Shown here piece after piece: positions 8,910 to 19,700 of a stretch of DNA of 64,000 nucleotides. The notes under the pieces were generated by a model. It did no database searches, had not been told where the DNA came from, and saw nothing but the letters and a program-made list of their open reading frames with translations. Every line of letters begins with the position of its first letter. The stretch's first letter is position 1. The DNA comes from a virus. The DNA is taken from positions 64,001 to 128,000 of IMG/VR virus record IMGVR_UViG_3300040856_003274; one strand, given 5' to 3'. Position numbers and translations under genes: made by a program.

Positions 8910-11006
8910 TCAGAGACGCGACTTGATCAGTGCGATGAGCACCTTAGCAAAACCCTCAAAGGGCAACGCGAGGCTGTCATCACCGAAGAGGTTCTGAAGT
9001 GTCGAGAGGGCGATGCCTGAGCCTAAGCCGACACCTACCACAATAACACCCTTTTCCCTCGCCCTTCTGACCATATAGCGCGTGGGTGCTTGGTGGTCAC
9101 CGTTTGCGGCTCCATCTGTTAGCACCAACAACACTTTGTGTGTCGCGTCTTGGGCGTAGAGCCCATTATTCGCTTCACCGTATAGTGCATAGTAGATGCC
9201 ATCAGCCGTGGGAGTGCCACCGTTCGCATACACCTCAGAGCAACGGCGCTTTGAGGTGAGGTCCCATTTTTCACTGAACCGCTTGTGGTAGCGGATAGTG
9301 GCCTCACAACGGCGCGTGTAATGATCACGCGTGCCGTAAAATGATCCACACATGAACGCGAGAGCCTCAGTACGCGCACCTATTGCGCTGAACGCATCCA
9401 TCAGTGCATACAGTCCTGAAGCGGTTGGCGAGGTGTGACCATCCATACTAGATGAACCGTCCACAACCACGCTAAGCGCGATGTTTGGCTTGATGATGTC
9501 AACGTCTTTTCGCATAGGGCGCGTAGGAACGACACCTTGGCTAAGCTCAACCTTCGACGGTACGAGTCTCCGGGTCGATAACTTCCCGCGCTTCGTACCA
9601 TGCCTAGTCTCACGGCGGAAGCCGAGAAACAATCGGTTGAGCTCCCGCTTCGCTGACCCGCTCTCTGCGCTCGCACGCTGAGATACTTGACACTGAATAA
9701 AAGTGGGCGCGACGTGCGCGTCACGCACGTCATCATCCTCATACGAGAAAGGTTGATATTGCTCCTCGTCAGCTTTCAACTCCGCTTGAGCTTCGTTGAT
9801 TTTTGAGTCAACAACATCTGTCCAATCAGGCTGAGAGATGTCCCAATCGTCCTCAAAGGGGCGAGGTTGTGGGTCATCAGACCCTCCCCCTATCCCCCCT
9901 TCAGAGTCAGAGTCACTGTCAGAGTCAGAGTCACTGTCAGAGTCACTGTCAGAGTCACCCTTTGAGTCACTGTCAGAGTCAGAGTCACTGTCAGAGTCAC
10001 TGTCAGAGTCACTGTCAGAGTCACCCTTTGAGTCACCCTTTGAGTCACCCTTTGAGTCACCCTTTGAGTCACCCTTTGTTGAGTCATCGTCGCTAGGTTG
10101 TGGATCACCTCCGCCTTGTTGATCAGACTCTTCACCTCCACCGCCACCACCTCCACCGCCACCCGTAGGAGGCTTAGGGGGGGGAGTCAGCGCGAGGTCA
10201 CGAGCGAGATCAAGCGCGATAATCCAAGGCATCCACTGATCACGCTCAGTCTTACCTCCGAGTGCATGGCAACGCGCCACGTACTCGTCAAGTTTAGGCC
10301 AAGCGTGTACCAACGGGTGATACTCAGTCAGCGCCTTAACTTGCTTAGGTGTCTGATAACCGAACCCTTTGTCTCTGATGAGGAAAAAGATGCTCTGCAC
10401 AAAAGCAGTGCGGTCATTCTCAGTCTCGATCTTCTGATAATGGGAAGACCGAGCGGTCGTTTCCATATCATACAATGAGTCTGCGAGCGCCTCAAGAGTG
10501 AGTCGCGCCCCTGGGAAGGTGGCGCATCCGAACCGCTCGATCCTAATGTCCTCGATGATGTTAGTCATCGACTGTAGCTGACTCTCAAGGCCAACATAGT
10601 TAAAGCCTTTCATCTTAGCCTCTGTCTCAGCTACGACCCAATCGGGTACGGAGCCGAGAGCAGAGAGCAGACTATGAAGCGCCTCATGTGTCGCTCCTCC
10701 GCGTAGGTAGAGCTCCACCTGAGCATTAACCTCTTCAGGAGTCGAAGCGATTGTCACCATCGGTGACACAGAGCCAATGCGACTATCCGCGTAGAGCTTA
10801 GCATCGGTAACCGACGCTTTGCGTGTGCAGATCGCATGAGTGAAAAATCGCATTGTCCAAGCATTCCTGTTGGAGTAGGACGAACCTTGACTCCTGATGG
10901 TCGGTGTGATCGCGTCTGAGTTATGCAAAATACTGATCAGGGTCTGTCGATGCGCTTGGCGCACAACAAACCCGCTTTTGGTTTTGTTTCGAGTTATCGC
11001 TTTCAT
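8910..11006 (-). CDS. CobT-like von Willebrand factor A (vWA) domain protein with Gly and Asp-Ser low-complexity linker
   Basis: MIDAS residues VVDGSSSM, GGTP and LTDG; N-terminal IIEDIRIE motif typical of CobT/vWA partners. Start moved to the ATG at 11006 (AAGGGA RBS), downstream of the promoter motif. Confidence 0.85.
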   Translation of the reverse strand: MKAITRNKTKSGFVVRQAHRQTLISILHNSDAITPTIRSQGSSYSNRNAWTMRFFTHAICTRKASVTDAKLYADSRIGSVSPMVTIASTPEEVNAQVELYLRGGATHEALHSLLSALGSVPDWVVAETEAKMKGFNYVGLESQLQSMTNIIEDIRIERFGCATFPGARLTLEALADSLYDMETTARSSHYQKIETENDRTAFVQSIFFLIRDKGFGYQTPKQVKALTEYHPLVHAWPKLDEYVARCHALGGKTERDQWMPWIIALDLARDLALTPPPKPPTGGGGGGGGGGEESDQQGGGDPQPSDDDSTKGDSKGDSKGDSKGDSKGDSDSDSDSDSDSDSDSDSDSKGDSDSDSDSDSDSDSDSDSEGGIGGGSDDPQPRPFEDDWDISQPDWTDVVDSKINEAQAELKADEEQYQPFSYEDDDVRDAHVAPTFIQCQVSQRASAESGSAKRELNRLFLGFRRETRHGTKRGKLSTRRLVPSKVELSQGVVPTRPMRKDVDIIKPNIALSVVVDGSSSMDGHTSPTASGLYALMDAFSAIGARTEALAFMCGSFYGTRDHYTRRCEATIRYHKRFSEKWDLTSKRRCSEVYANGGTPTADGIYYALYGEANNGLYAQDATHKVLLVLTDGAANGDHQAPTRYMVRRAREKGVIVVGVGLGSGIALSTLQNLFGDDSLALPFEGFAKVLIALIKSRL
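9900..10078 (-). repeat. Coding tandem repeats (6-mers encoding DS; 12-mer encoding DSKG)
   Basis: TCAGAG/TCACTG hexamers and GAGTCACCCTTT about 5 times on the + strand. Confidence 0.9.
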
Positions 11007-11076
11007 GCGGATATCCCTTTGGTCAAAAGGCTCAGAGAGCCTGTTAAAACATGGGGAGCGAGCGCCCCCCTTACCT

Positions 11077-11107
11077 ACACTACGGATTACTTTTTTCCCC
11101 CGACATT
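11077..11107 (-). promoter_or_regulatory. Conserved promoter-like motif copy 2 (drives the vWA gene)
   Basis: Reverse complement reads AATGTCGGGGGAAAAAAGTAATCCG-TAGTGT. Confidence 0.75.
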
Positions 11108-11167
11108 TGACTCTATAAGGTCGCCTGCGCCTAGCGTTATACGCGGGCGCTTGCGCCCGTGTAGGGA

Positions 11168-11210
11168 CGTATAGAATTGGCAATGGGATTTGGTGTCTGA
11201 ATTCTATACG
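11168..11210. promoter_or_regulatory. Inverted repeat CGTATAGAATT-N21-AATTCTATACG between divergent promoters
   Basis: The same arms and 21-bp spacer recur at 30541-30583; a half site lies at 1408-1418. Confidence 0.65.
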
Positions 11211-11352
11211 TGGTGGGAGGGGTCGGGCTCGCGTGTGTGGGTGTAATGTGCGGGTAATGTTACGCGCTATGCGAGCTCGCGAGCTCGCGCTACCTTAGGC
11301 GCTGGCTCGCGAGTCTGTATGCGAGCCCGTAATGTTACACCTACACACGGCT

Positions 11353-11383
11353 AATGTCGGGGGAAAAAAGTAATCCGTAATGT
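11353..11383 (+). promoter_or_regulatory. Conserved promoter-like motif copy 3
   Basis: AATGTCGGGGGAAAAAAGTAATCCG-TAATGT. Confidence 0.75.
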
Positions 11384-11459
11384 TAGTAAAGGGAGCGGGT
11401 AGCTGACCTACCGCTAACAAGGCGTTTGTGCTAGTCTTAGGGCTAACATTAGCGTTACG

Positions 11460-11489
11460 TTGTCGGGGGAAAAAAGTAATCCGTAACCT
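11460..11489 (+). promoter_or_regulatory. Conserved promoter-like motif copy 4
   Basis: TTGTCGGGGGAAAAAAGTAATCCG-TAACCT; in tandem with copy 3, upstream of the AAA gene. Confidence 0.75.
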
Positions 11490-11567
11490 TATCAGATGGG
11501 AGGCACTACGCTTCCCTTGTTTCACTGTGCTCTCTCAGAGAGAGCCCTTAAACTTTAAGGAGTATAC

Positions 11568-12617
11568 ATGAGTAAGCATGTATGTCCGTTCTGTAACTCT
11601 CGCGTCAACACTACCCGCAACTGTTGCGATAGCATGAAAGCTGTCCGTGACAGCATGGTTGAAGGAATCAAGAGAGCGCCTCTTCAAGAGGCGCTTTTTG
11701 GCGTTCCTTTGAGCGTCAACCAAACGGCCTACTCCCAAGAGGAGTTGCTCCCGTTCGATCCGCACTTTCAGCTTCCCCGTCAAGGGACACCCGCGTGGAC
11801 TTCTATGCGGAGGGTCGTAAAGGCTTGGGAGTCTAACAAGCCCTTCGTCGTAACGGGAGGCATGGGGCGCAGTAAAGACGCGATCCTCGGATTGCTCAGT
11901 AACCTCACCAATAGGCCGTGTCTTCTCATTAGCTGTGCTCGCTCAACCGATATTGAGGGATTCCTCTATACTCTCGGCTTCAACGCAGAGGGTACTAGCT
12001 ACTCTTATGGGGCTTTATGGAAGGCCCTCACAGAGGGGCATCCCCGAACGGGGGAGCCAATGGTGATCGTCTTAACAGATTTCGACAGGATGAGCCCTGA
12101 TCAGCTCGAAAGGTTTCGCATGATCCTTGATACGACCGCAGGGCGCATTAATGCTCCCGATGGTCGCATCGTGCCTATCAAGCCAGGTACTCTCATTTGC
12201 GCTACCGCTAACTCGGTTGGTAGTGGCGCGGAAGGGTATGTTTGCGAGGTCATTGATGAGTCTATGAAAGACCGCTTTGCGCGGTTCATCGAGGCTGAAG
12301 CGATGGACTCCACAGACAGGGCGCGTATATGCTGTGAGCGTTACTCAGCGCCCACAGAGTGGGTTGAGCCTATCGCAAACTGTCTCAGTGCTCTTGAGTC
12401 TAGTATAGCTCAAGAGGCGCTAGAGTCATTCAATGACTTCAGCTTCCGCGCAACCTCAGCATGGGTCGAGAGCGCTATGCAGGAGCTTGAGCTAGGGAGT
12501 GGGCAACCGCTCCGTGACGCGCTTTTCGATGTCCTCGACAAGCGCGAGCCCGAAGTGAAGCAAAAGATCGAAAACTTATTCGATCCTCACCTCCCTCGCG
12601 ATCCCGCAGGGAGCTGA
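11568..12617 (+). CDS. CobS/MoxR-like AAA+ ATPase with divergent Walker motifs
   Basis: Walker A-like GGMGRSKD, YGALWKAL, Walker B-like IVLTDFDR, sensor ATAN, arginine finger MKDRF, FSFR. N-terminal CxxC..CC; AAGGAG RBS. Confidence 0.85.
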   Translation: MSKHVCPFCNSRVNTTRNCCDSMKAVRDSMVEGIKRAPLQEALFGVPLSVNQTAYSQEELLPFDPHFQLPRQGTPAWTSMRRVVKAWESNKPFVVTGGMGRSKDAILGLLSNLTNRPCLLISCARSTDIEGFLYTLGFNAEGTSYSYGALWKALTEGHPRTGEPMVIVLTDFDRMSPDQLERFRMILDTTAGRINAPDGRIVPIKPGTLICATANSVGSGAEGYVCEVIDESMKDRFARFIEAEAMDSTDRARICCERYSAPTEWVEPIANCLSALESSIAQEALESFNDFSFRATSAWVESAMQELELGSGQPLRDALFDVLDKREPEVKQKIENLFDPHLPRDPAGS

Positions 12618-12663
12618 GACGCTGACTGAGACGCTGACTGAGACGCTGACTGAGACGCTGAGA
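12615..12663 (+). repeat. 12-bp tandem repeat TGAGACGCTGAC, about 4 copies
   Basis: Directly visible after the AAA stop codon. Confidence 0.85.
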
Positions 12664-12676
12664 TTACAGAACGGTT

Positions 12677-12734
12677 GAGAGCCCCCCTTCCTGCGCTTGC
12701 GTAGGTCGGGGGGCTTCTCTGTCGGGAGTAATCC
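12677..12734 (+). terminator. Hairpin + TGTCGGGAGTAATCC element
   Basis: GAGAGCCCCCC...GGGGGGCTTCTC stem followed by the conserved tail. Confidence 0.65.
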
Positions 12735-12788
12735 CCTAACCTTAAGCCCTAACCTTAAGCCCTAACCTTAAGCCCTAACCTTAAGCCC
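12734..12788 (+). repeat. 13-bp tandem repeat CCCTAACCTTAAG x4
   Basis: Directly visible. Confidence 0.85.
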
Positions 12789-12826
12789 CTTGCTCGCCTC
12801 CTCTGTGGAGGTCAGCAAGGGGCTTT
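12783..12826 (+). terminator. Second hairpin (AAGCCCCTTGCT...AGCAAGGGGCTTT)
   Basis: 12-bp inverted repeat with an inner stem. Confidence 0.55.
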
Positions 12827-13032
12827 CCTATACGGACTACTACCTAAAATCTGTATGAGGGTCGGGTCTGAGGTGGCTAGGTGAGGTGTGCGATTGCCTA
12901 GCCACTATGAGCACTTAGCCCCTAGAGCTTTTTGTGCTTATTTGCAAGCGAGGCGAACGAAACATGAGGGCTAGTGTGTATAGGAGATAGCAGGTGGCAA
13001 TCAGGCCACCGCTTCGACACAGGAGACAGCCC

Positions 13033-13647
13033 ATGAAGGCTACCCTAACTAAGTGCGAGCGTTTCGGCGCTGACCATAAGATGATTGATCACGGCTTCAG
13101 TAAGTACGCGATGCCAAGGCTCGGCACAGATGAGCAAGGTTCGCCCGTGGTGGTCTTACAGGTGTGGGATTACGATAACCCTATCCGTGAAGAGCAGATA
13201 CACCTCACACATCATGAGGTCGAGAGCGTGTCTCTCAGCAAGGGCCACGGCTCTTACTCAGAGGAGGGAGTCACGGCACACTATGCAGAGTGGACGTACA
13301 CGCTGACACTCACAGAAGAGGCGGGCTATGTTGTCTTAAAGGGAGTGGGTGATGAGATGGTGTTCATCTCTTGGACTGCGCTTTATGGAGACGGTCAGCG
13401 GAGCTTCCAAGACCAAGAGGGCAACGCGGTTATGTGGAGCGCGGGAGGCTTTCATGAAGAGCTCCCCTCGGTGGAGGATGAGGCTAGGGCGCTGGCGCGT
13501 CGGCTTAACCCGCTCACCGATCTTGACCTCATCTCTAGCCTCCGTGGTCTTTGGGAGCGCAAGCAAGGGTTGCGTCACCAAGCCTGCGACATACTACGCA
13601 AGGGGACTGCTAAGCTCCTCTTTGATGGTAAGCCACCTGAGGTCTAA
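13033..13647 (+). CDS. Hypothetical protein
   Basis: CAGGAG RBS before the ATG at 13033 (MKATLTK...); 204 aa. Confidence 0.75.
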   Translation: MKATLTKCERFGADHKMIDHGFSKYAMPRLGTDEQGSPVVVLQVWDYDNPIREEQIHLTHHEVESVSLSKGHGSYSEEGVTAHYAEWTYTLTLTEEAGYVVLKGVGDEMVFISWTALYGDGQRSFQDQEGNAVMWSAGGFHEELPSVEDEARALARRLNPLTDLDLISSLRGLWERKQGLRHQACDILRKGTAKLLFDGKPPEV

Positions 13648-13648
13648 T

Positions 13649-13792
13649 CTCTCGGAGCGTCAGCTCTCGGAGCGTCAGCTCTCGGAGCGTCAGCTCTCGG
13701 AGCGCCTGCTCTCGGAGCGTCAGCTCTCGGAGCGTCAGCTCTCGGAGCGCCTGCTCTCGGAGCGCCTGCTCTCGGAGCGTCAGCTCTCGGAG
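13649..13792 (+). repeat. 15-bp tandem repeat CTCTCGGAGCG(TCAG/CCTG), 9 full copies plus a partial
   Basis: Directly visible; marks the left edge of the non-coding array. Confidence 0.9.
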
Positions 13793-13799
13793 GATTTCT

Positions 13800-16700
13800 T
13801 ACTGTCTAAAATCTGTATGGGGGGTCGCGGGTGCAGGTACGGGGGAGGAGGTTGGAGGTACTCATACACTCGCGAGGCTGAGGAGGTCTTGAGGTTGAAG
13901 GCGCTCATACACTCGCGAGGCTAGACCGCTTGAGGCTTGGGAGTGTTCATACAAGTAGAGAGTGTGGCTACCTTGTGGAGGTGCTCATACAGAGGTGGCG
14001 GGTGGCGGGTGGAGCTAGACTGTGAGAGTGTTCATACAGAGAGGGAAGAGGAGGAGGGGAAGATGGAGGCACTCATACAGAGAAGGTGAGGGGAGGGGGA
14101 AGGTGGAGGCACTCATACAGAGAGGGAAGAGGAGGAGGGGAAGATGGAGGCACTCATACAGAGAGGGAAGAGGAGGGGGAAGGTGGAGGCACTCATACAG
14201 AGAGGGTGAGGGGAGGCTTCGGTGAGGGTGTTCATACAGAGGCGGTGGGCGAGGGTGAGGTTGGGTGAGGTTGGGTGAGAGTGTTCATACATTACTCTCT
14301 TCAGTCCTCCAAGACGTGTGGGTGCTCATACAGAGTAGAGGAGGACGAGCTACCCGCTGACCTTAGGGAACAGGGGAGAGGGAGGAGGGGGAGAGGGGGT
14401 CGCGTATGTGAGGTGTAGGTGTTCATACTCGCACGCGTACAACGCTCAACGCTCAACGGTTGACCTTAGGGAACAGGGGAGGTGGTGCAACCCTCAACGC
14501 TCAACGGTTGACCTTAGGGAACACACCCAATAACGCTCAACGGTCGCAACGCTCAACGGTATGTGTTGACGCTAGGGAATGAGCACAACCTCCAACGCTA
14601 ACATTAGATGTGGGTGTTCATACATACGCGAAGCCGTGGCTCTGTATGAGTTGACCTTAGGGAACAGCAGAGAAGCTAGAGGCGCGTTGACCCTGTAGCA
14701 TTAGGTGTGGGTGTTCATACAGAGGCTGGCTAAAATCTGTAACGCGTGCGCGTATGCGCCATGTGCGCCTGACCCTCAACGCTATAAGTTGACCTTAGGG
14801 AACAGGTGACCGCCTGAGTAGTTGAGCTAGAGGTCAGGTGAGGACTCGGCCCTGTAATATTAGATGTGAGCGTTCATACAGGGTGGGGGGGCTGTGGTGA
14901 TCTCGCATAGCCTTGTGTGACGTTAGGGAATGGAGAGGGCTCAACCCTAACATTAGATGTGGGCGTTCATACAAGGTGGGGGGCTAGGCGCGTGAGCCAG
15001 CTTGACATTAGGGAATGGGAGGAGGTGAGAGGGCCTCTCAATCAATCAACGACAAAGCCCTCTCATGTACAGGTTCTAGCCAGGCAGGTTTTCCAACACC
15101 GCGCTTAACGAGTCTTTAGAACCTGTATAGCGCACAAGAGAGGCTCGGTCGCCTCTCAAAATCGGCTGAGCTAGAGTAGTTTAAGTGGGGACATTCATAC
15201 ACGCGTGTGTCTCAAAAGCCCCATTTTACGGCACTTAGGAAGTTGCCGATTTTGATAGGATGAGCGAGGCGAGGGCTAGAGAGGCTCAAAAGGGGCTCAG
15301 AGAAGGCTCTAATGTTATGTAGGTGTTCATATAACGAGGGGTGGGCGGGTGCGGTGAGTGAGGCGCGAGTGGAGGTGGCGCGAGGGTAACCCTAATAACC
15401 TACTTAGAACCTGTACAGGCTGTGGTGGGGTGTAGCTGAGCTGAGCCGAGACACGCTGACGTTAGGGAACAGGTTATGGCTTACTGAGCCTGTGGAGGCT
15501 GACATTAGATGTGGGCGTTCATACAGACAGGGTGTTTAGAACCTGTAGCGCGGAGGCGAGCTCTCGCCTCTTACTGACTCGCTCAACACTATGAGCTGAC
15601 GTTAGGGAATGGGTAGCGGGCTTGAGCTGAGCTTGGGCCTAACTGAGTCTGACATTAGGGAACAGTTGGGCGGGAGGGGTCGGTGGCGACCCTAACGTTA
15701 GATGTGGGCGTTCATACTACTCTTTATCTAAAATCTGTATTAGGGGGTTCGGGCGCATCTGTAGAGGCGGGCTCTCGTATGTGTTGACGTTAGGGAACAT
15801 CTAGACAGGGGGCAGAGCTGAGAGCAGACACGCTCAGCCCAACTCGCAATATTAGATGTGGGCGTTCATATAATGAGCGGTGGGCTGGTTGGGCTCACTC
15901 CTTGTACACTTGACGTTAGGGAACAGCTCGCTTGTCTTGAGCGCCCCGCGCCACCTCTCGCTCCTATGTGATGTGGGCGTTCATACAGACAGGCGGGGCT
16001 CGCCCTTAAGACACGCTCCTTGACATTAGGGAACAGGGAGACAGGTTGCGCTCTCTCCTGTCACGCTCTGAGACACCTTGACTCGTTCGCTCAAGGCTAC
16101 TAGAACCCGTATAGTTAGAACCTGTATAGGTCGCGCTCAGCCTCTCTGCTTGAGCCTTGAGCAGGGCTCTAGTGGGTGGATGATGGGGACATTCATACAC
16201 GCGTGGGGGGCTCAAAAGCCCCAAAATAGGGCTCAAAATGGTTGCCGTCTTTGATAGAGAGGCGTTTTGCCCCCTCTGAGCCTCTCTCTGAGCCCTCTAG
16301 CGGTAGCTGTTATAGGTATTCATATAAGAGTGGTGGCTGTGAGGCTGAGCGAGCTTGCGCAGGCTCGCGTGGAGTCTCCTAGTGCTTCCGCGAGCTGTCG
16401 AGAGAGACGCGAGGGTGACCCACCCGTTGGCTTGACGTTAGGGAATGGGCAGAGGCTATTTAGAACCTGTATGATGAGCAAGCACCCGCCCTCTGACATG
16501 ATGTCGGTATTCATATAATGAGCGGTGAGCCCCGCCTCGCCTCCCTAACCTTAGTTTGACATTAGGGAACAGTGGGCGAGGGTGGGCGAGGCGGCACAGC
16601 ACCCCTAATGTCATGTCGGCGTTCATATAGCGAGCGGTGGGCTGTCTCCTTCAAGGCAAGCTGGCTTGACGTTAGGGAATGGTAACGGGAGCTGACCTTG

Positions 16701-19700
16701 ACCCTCACCTGCTGTGGCTTGACATTAGGGAACAGTGGACGAGCTCTCCTGAAGCTAGGCTAGAACCTGTATAATCTAAAATCTGTATTAGGGGGCTCGG
16801 AGGGCTACCGACCCCTCCCGTAATATTAGATGTAGGCGTTCATATAAAGACGATCTCGCCTTGCCCCTCTAGACTGGTAGACGCTAGGGAATAACTAGCC
16901 CTATCTAAAATCTGTATTAGGGGGCTCGGAGGGGCTATCGCACCCTCTACGGTCTGATGAGAGCGTTCATACAAGGTCGGTGCTGAAGCAAGGCTCTCGT
17001 ATGTGTTGACGTTAGGGAACAACAGGTCGGCTCGAAATCTCCCTGTGGCGAGCGCCCCTTTACAGGTTCTAGCTAGCCTTGTACGGCTGAGGGCGGGTCG
17101 AGTAGCTCAAGCAGCACCCCACAGGCTAAGTTGACATTAGGGAACATTACAGCGGCCTTAGCGTCAGCGTCTCTAACATTAGCCTAATATCATGTCGGCG
17201 TTCATATAAGGGCTGAGCCGAGATCGTCCTAGCTCGTATCTGCCGTGGCTTGACGTTAGGGAACAGGCGGGCAGAGGTGAGCCAACCTAAGAGATAAAAT
17301 GTAAACATTCATACAAGGAGCTAGGGCTACGCTCAGATGACCCAATATACCTGACGTTAGGGAATAGCTCAGCCTGACAGGTAGCCCTTTTGCCTCGCTT
17401 GATGTTAGGGAACATCAGGGCTACCCTCGCGCTTGTCTGAAGTCGGCTTGAGATACGCGGAGCGCCCCTCTCACGTTCGGATGTAAACCGCGCCCACACG
17501 CTAAGCTCTACTAGAACCTGTATAGAGCCCGACTCAGAGTGCTTTGTTGGGGACATTCATACCCGTAGAGAGGGCCAAAACACCCTCCAAGAGGGCTATT
17601 TTTGTTGGCGACTTTGATAGGATGGGGCTCAAACCCCCGAAAATACGGTACTTTTTGTTGGCGACTTTGATAGACCTATTTTTCGTGGGATCATTCATAG
17701 CGTGTGCGGGTGAGAGCGGCTTTTTGGCTCGCCTTTTGGAGAGACTAGAACCTGTATAAACTAGAACCTGTATGGTACTAGAACCTGTATAATACTAGAA
17801 CCTGTATGGTACTAGAACCTGTATAATCTCTCTTATGTGGGACCATTCATAGCGTGTGCGGGTGAGGGTGGCCTTTTGGCTCGCCTTTTGGAGAGACTAG
17901 AACCTGTATAATACTAGAACCTGTATAATACTAGAACCTGTATGGTACTAGAACCTGTATGGTACTAGAACCTGTATAATACTAGAACCCGTATAATCTC
18001 TCTTATGTGGGATCGTTCATAGCGTGCGTATGTGAGAGGACGCGCTCCCCCTCCTAGACGATGTAGGCGTTCATACATACTTAGAACCTGTATGGTACTA
18101 GAACCTGTATAATACTAGAACCTGTATGGTACTAGAACCTGTATGGTACTAGAACCTGTATAATACTAGAACCTGTATGACCTGAGCCTCCCCCTAGGTG
18201 ATGTAGGTATTCATACAGGGGGGGCTGACCCCCCCCCTCCCCTGTGAGTTGACCTTAGGGAACAGCAGACAAGCCTAGAACCTGTATAATATTAGAACCT
18301 GTATAATACTAGAACCTGTATAATACTAGAACCTGTATGACCTGAGCCTCCCCCTTGTCCCTTGTGTTGACGTTAGGGAACAGGGGGGGTGAGCCTCCCC
18401 CTAGAGGATGTCGGTATTCATACAAGGAGGGCGAGCCCCTTTTAGTTGAAGGTTAGGGAACAGTAAAACGTCTCAGATCGCTCTCTGAGGCGCTTTAGCT
18501 CTCAAGCCTGCTCTACCCCTAGCTTAAGGACTCTAAAGAGCACACGAGCGAATTTAGAGCCCTCCCTCGAAGGCTTTAAGCTGGTTATGCGACCCGCCAA
18601 AAGACCCCCTAGATGATGTAGGTATTCATACAGGGCGGGCTGAGGGTGGCTCAGGGCAACCCCTTGTGTTGAGGTTAGGGAATGGGAGAGGCTGTTTAGA
18701 ACCTGTATAATATTAGAACCTGTATGACCTGACCCGACCCTGCCCCTTGTGTTGACGTTAGGGAACAGGTGGCCTGAGCCTCCCCCTAGATGGTGTCGGT
18801 ATTCATACAGGGCGGGCTGAGCCTCCTCCTCCCTTGTTGAGGTTAGGGAATGGAAGGAGCTGTTTAGAACCTGTATGGTACTAGAACCTGTATGACCTGA
18901 CCCGACCCTGCCCCTTGTTGACATTAGGGAACAGGTAGCCTGACCCTCCCCCTAGATGGTGTCGGTATTCATACAGGGCGGGCTGAGCCTCCTCCTCCCT
19001 TGTTGAGGTTAGGGAATGGAAGGAGCTGTTTAGAACCTGTATGGTACTAGAACCTGTATGGTACTAGAACCTGTATGACCTGACCCGACCCTGCCCCTTG
19101 TTGACATTAGGGAACAGGAGGCTAGGCTGACCCCCTAGAGGATGTAGGTATTCATACAAGGCTCCCCCTAGGCGCTCCCCCTCCCTTGTTGAGGTTAGGG
19201 AATGGGAGAGGCTGTTTAGAACCTGTATGGTACTAGAACCTGTATGACCTGACCCCCCCCCTCCCCTTGTTGACATTAGGGAACAGGAGGGCTAGGCTGA
19301 CCCCCTAGAGGATGTAGGTATTCATACAGGAGGGCTGAGCCTCCCTCTAGGCGCACCCTCTTGTTGACATTAGGGAATGGGAGGAGCTGTTTAGAACCTG
19401 TGTAATATTAGAACCTGTATGACCTGACCCCCCTCCCCTTGTGTTGACATTAGGGAACAGGAGGCTAGGCTGACCCCCTAGACGATGTAGGTATTCATAC
19501 AGGGTGGGCTGGGGGTGGCTCAGGACGCACCCTCTTGTTGACACTAGGGAACAGGGGGCTGTTTAGAACCTGTATAATATTAGAACCTGTATAGCATGGG
19601 CTCCCCCTAGGCGCTCCCCCTTGTGTTGAGGTTAGGGAACAGGAGGGCTAGGCTGACCCCCTAGATGGTGTCGGTATTCATACAGGGCTCCCCCTAGGCG

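Noticed and set aside
9803-10162. Alternative-frame ORFs over the DS repeat, or a staphylococcal Sdr adhesin
   Set aside because: These are shadows of the repeat in the vWA gene; there is no signal peptide or LPXTG anchor.
11007-11183. N-terminal extensions given by the ORF track (vWA, SOD, pckA, glmS, 31074 ORF)
   Set aside because: The extensions run through promoter or hairpin elements or neighbouring genes; downstream ATGs have good RBSs, and glmS needs Cys at position 2.
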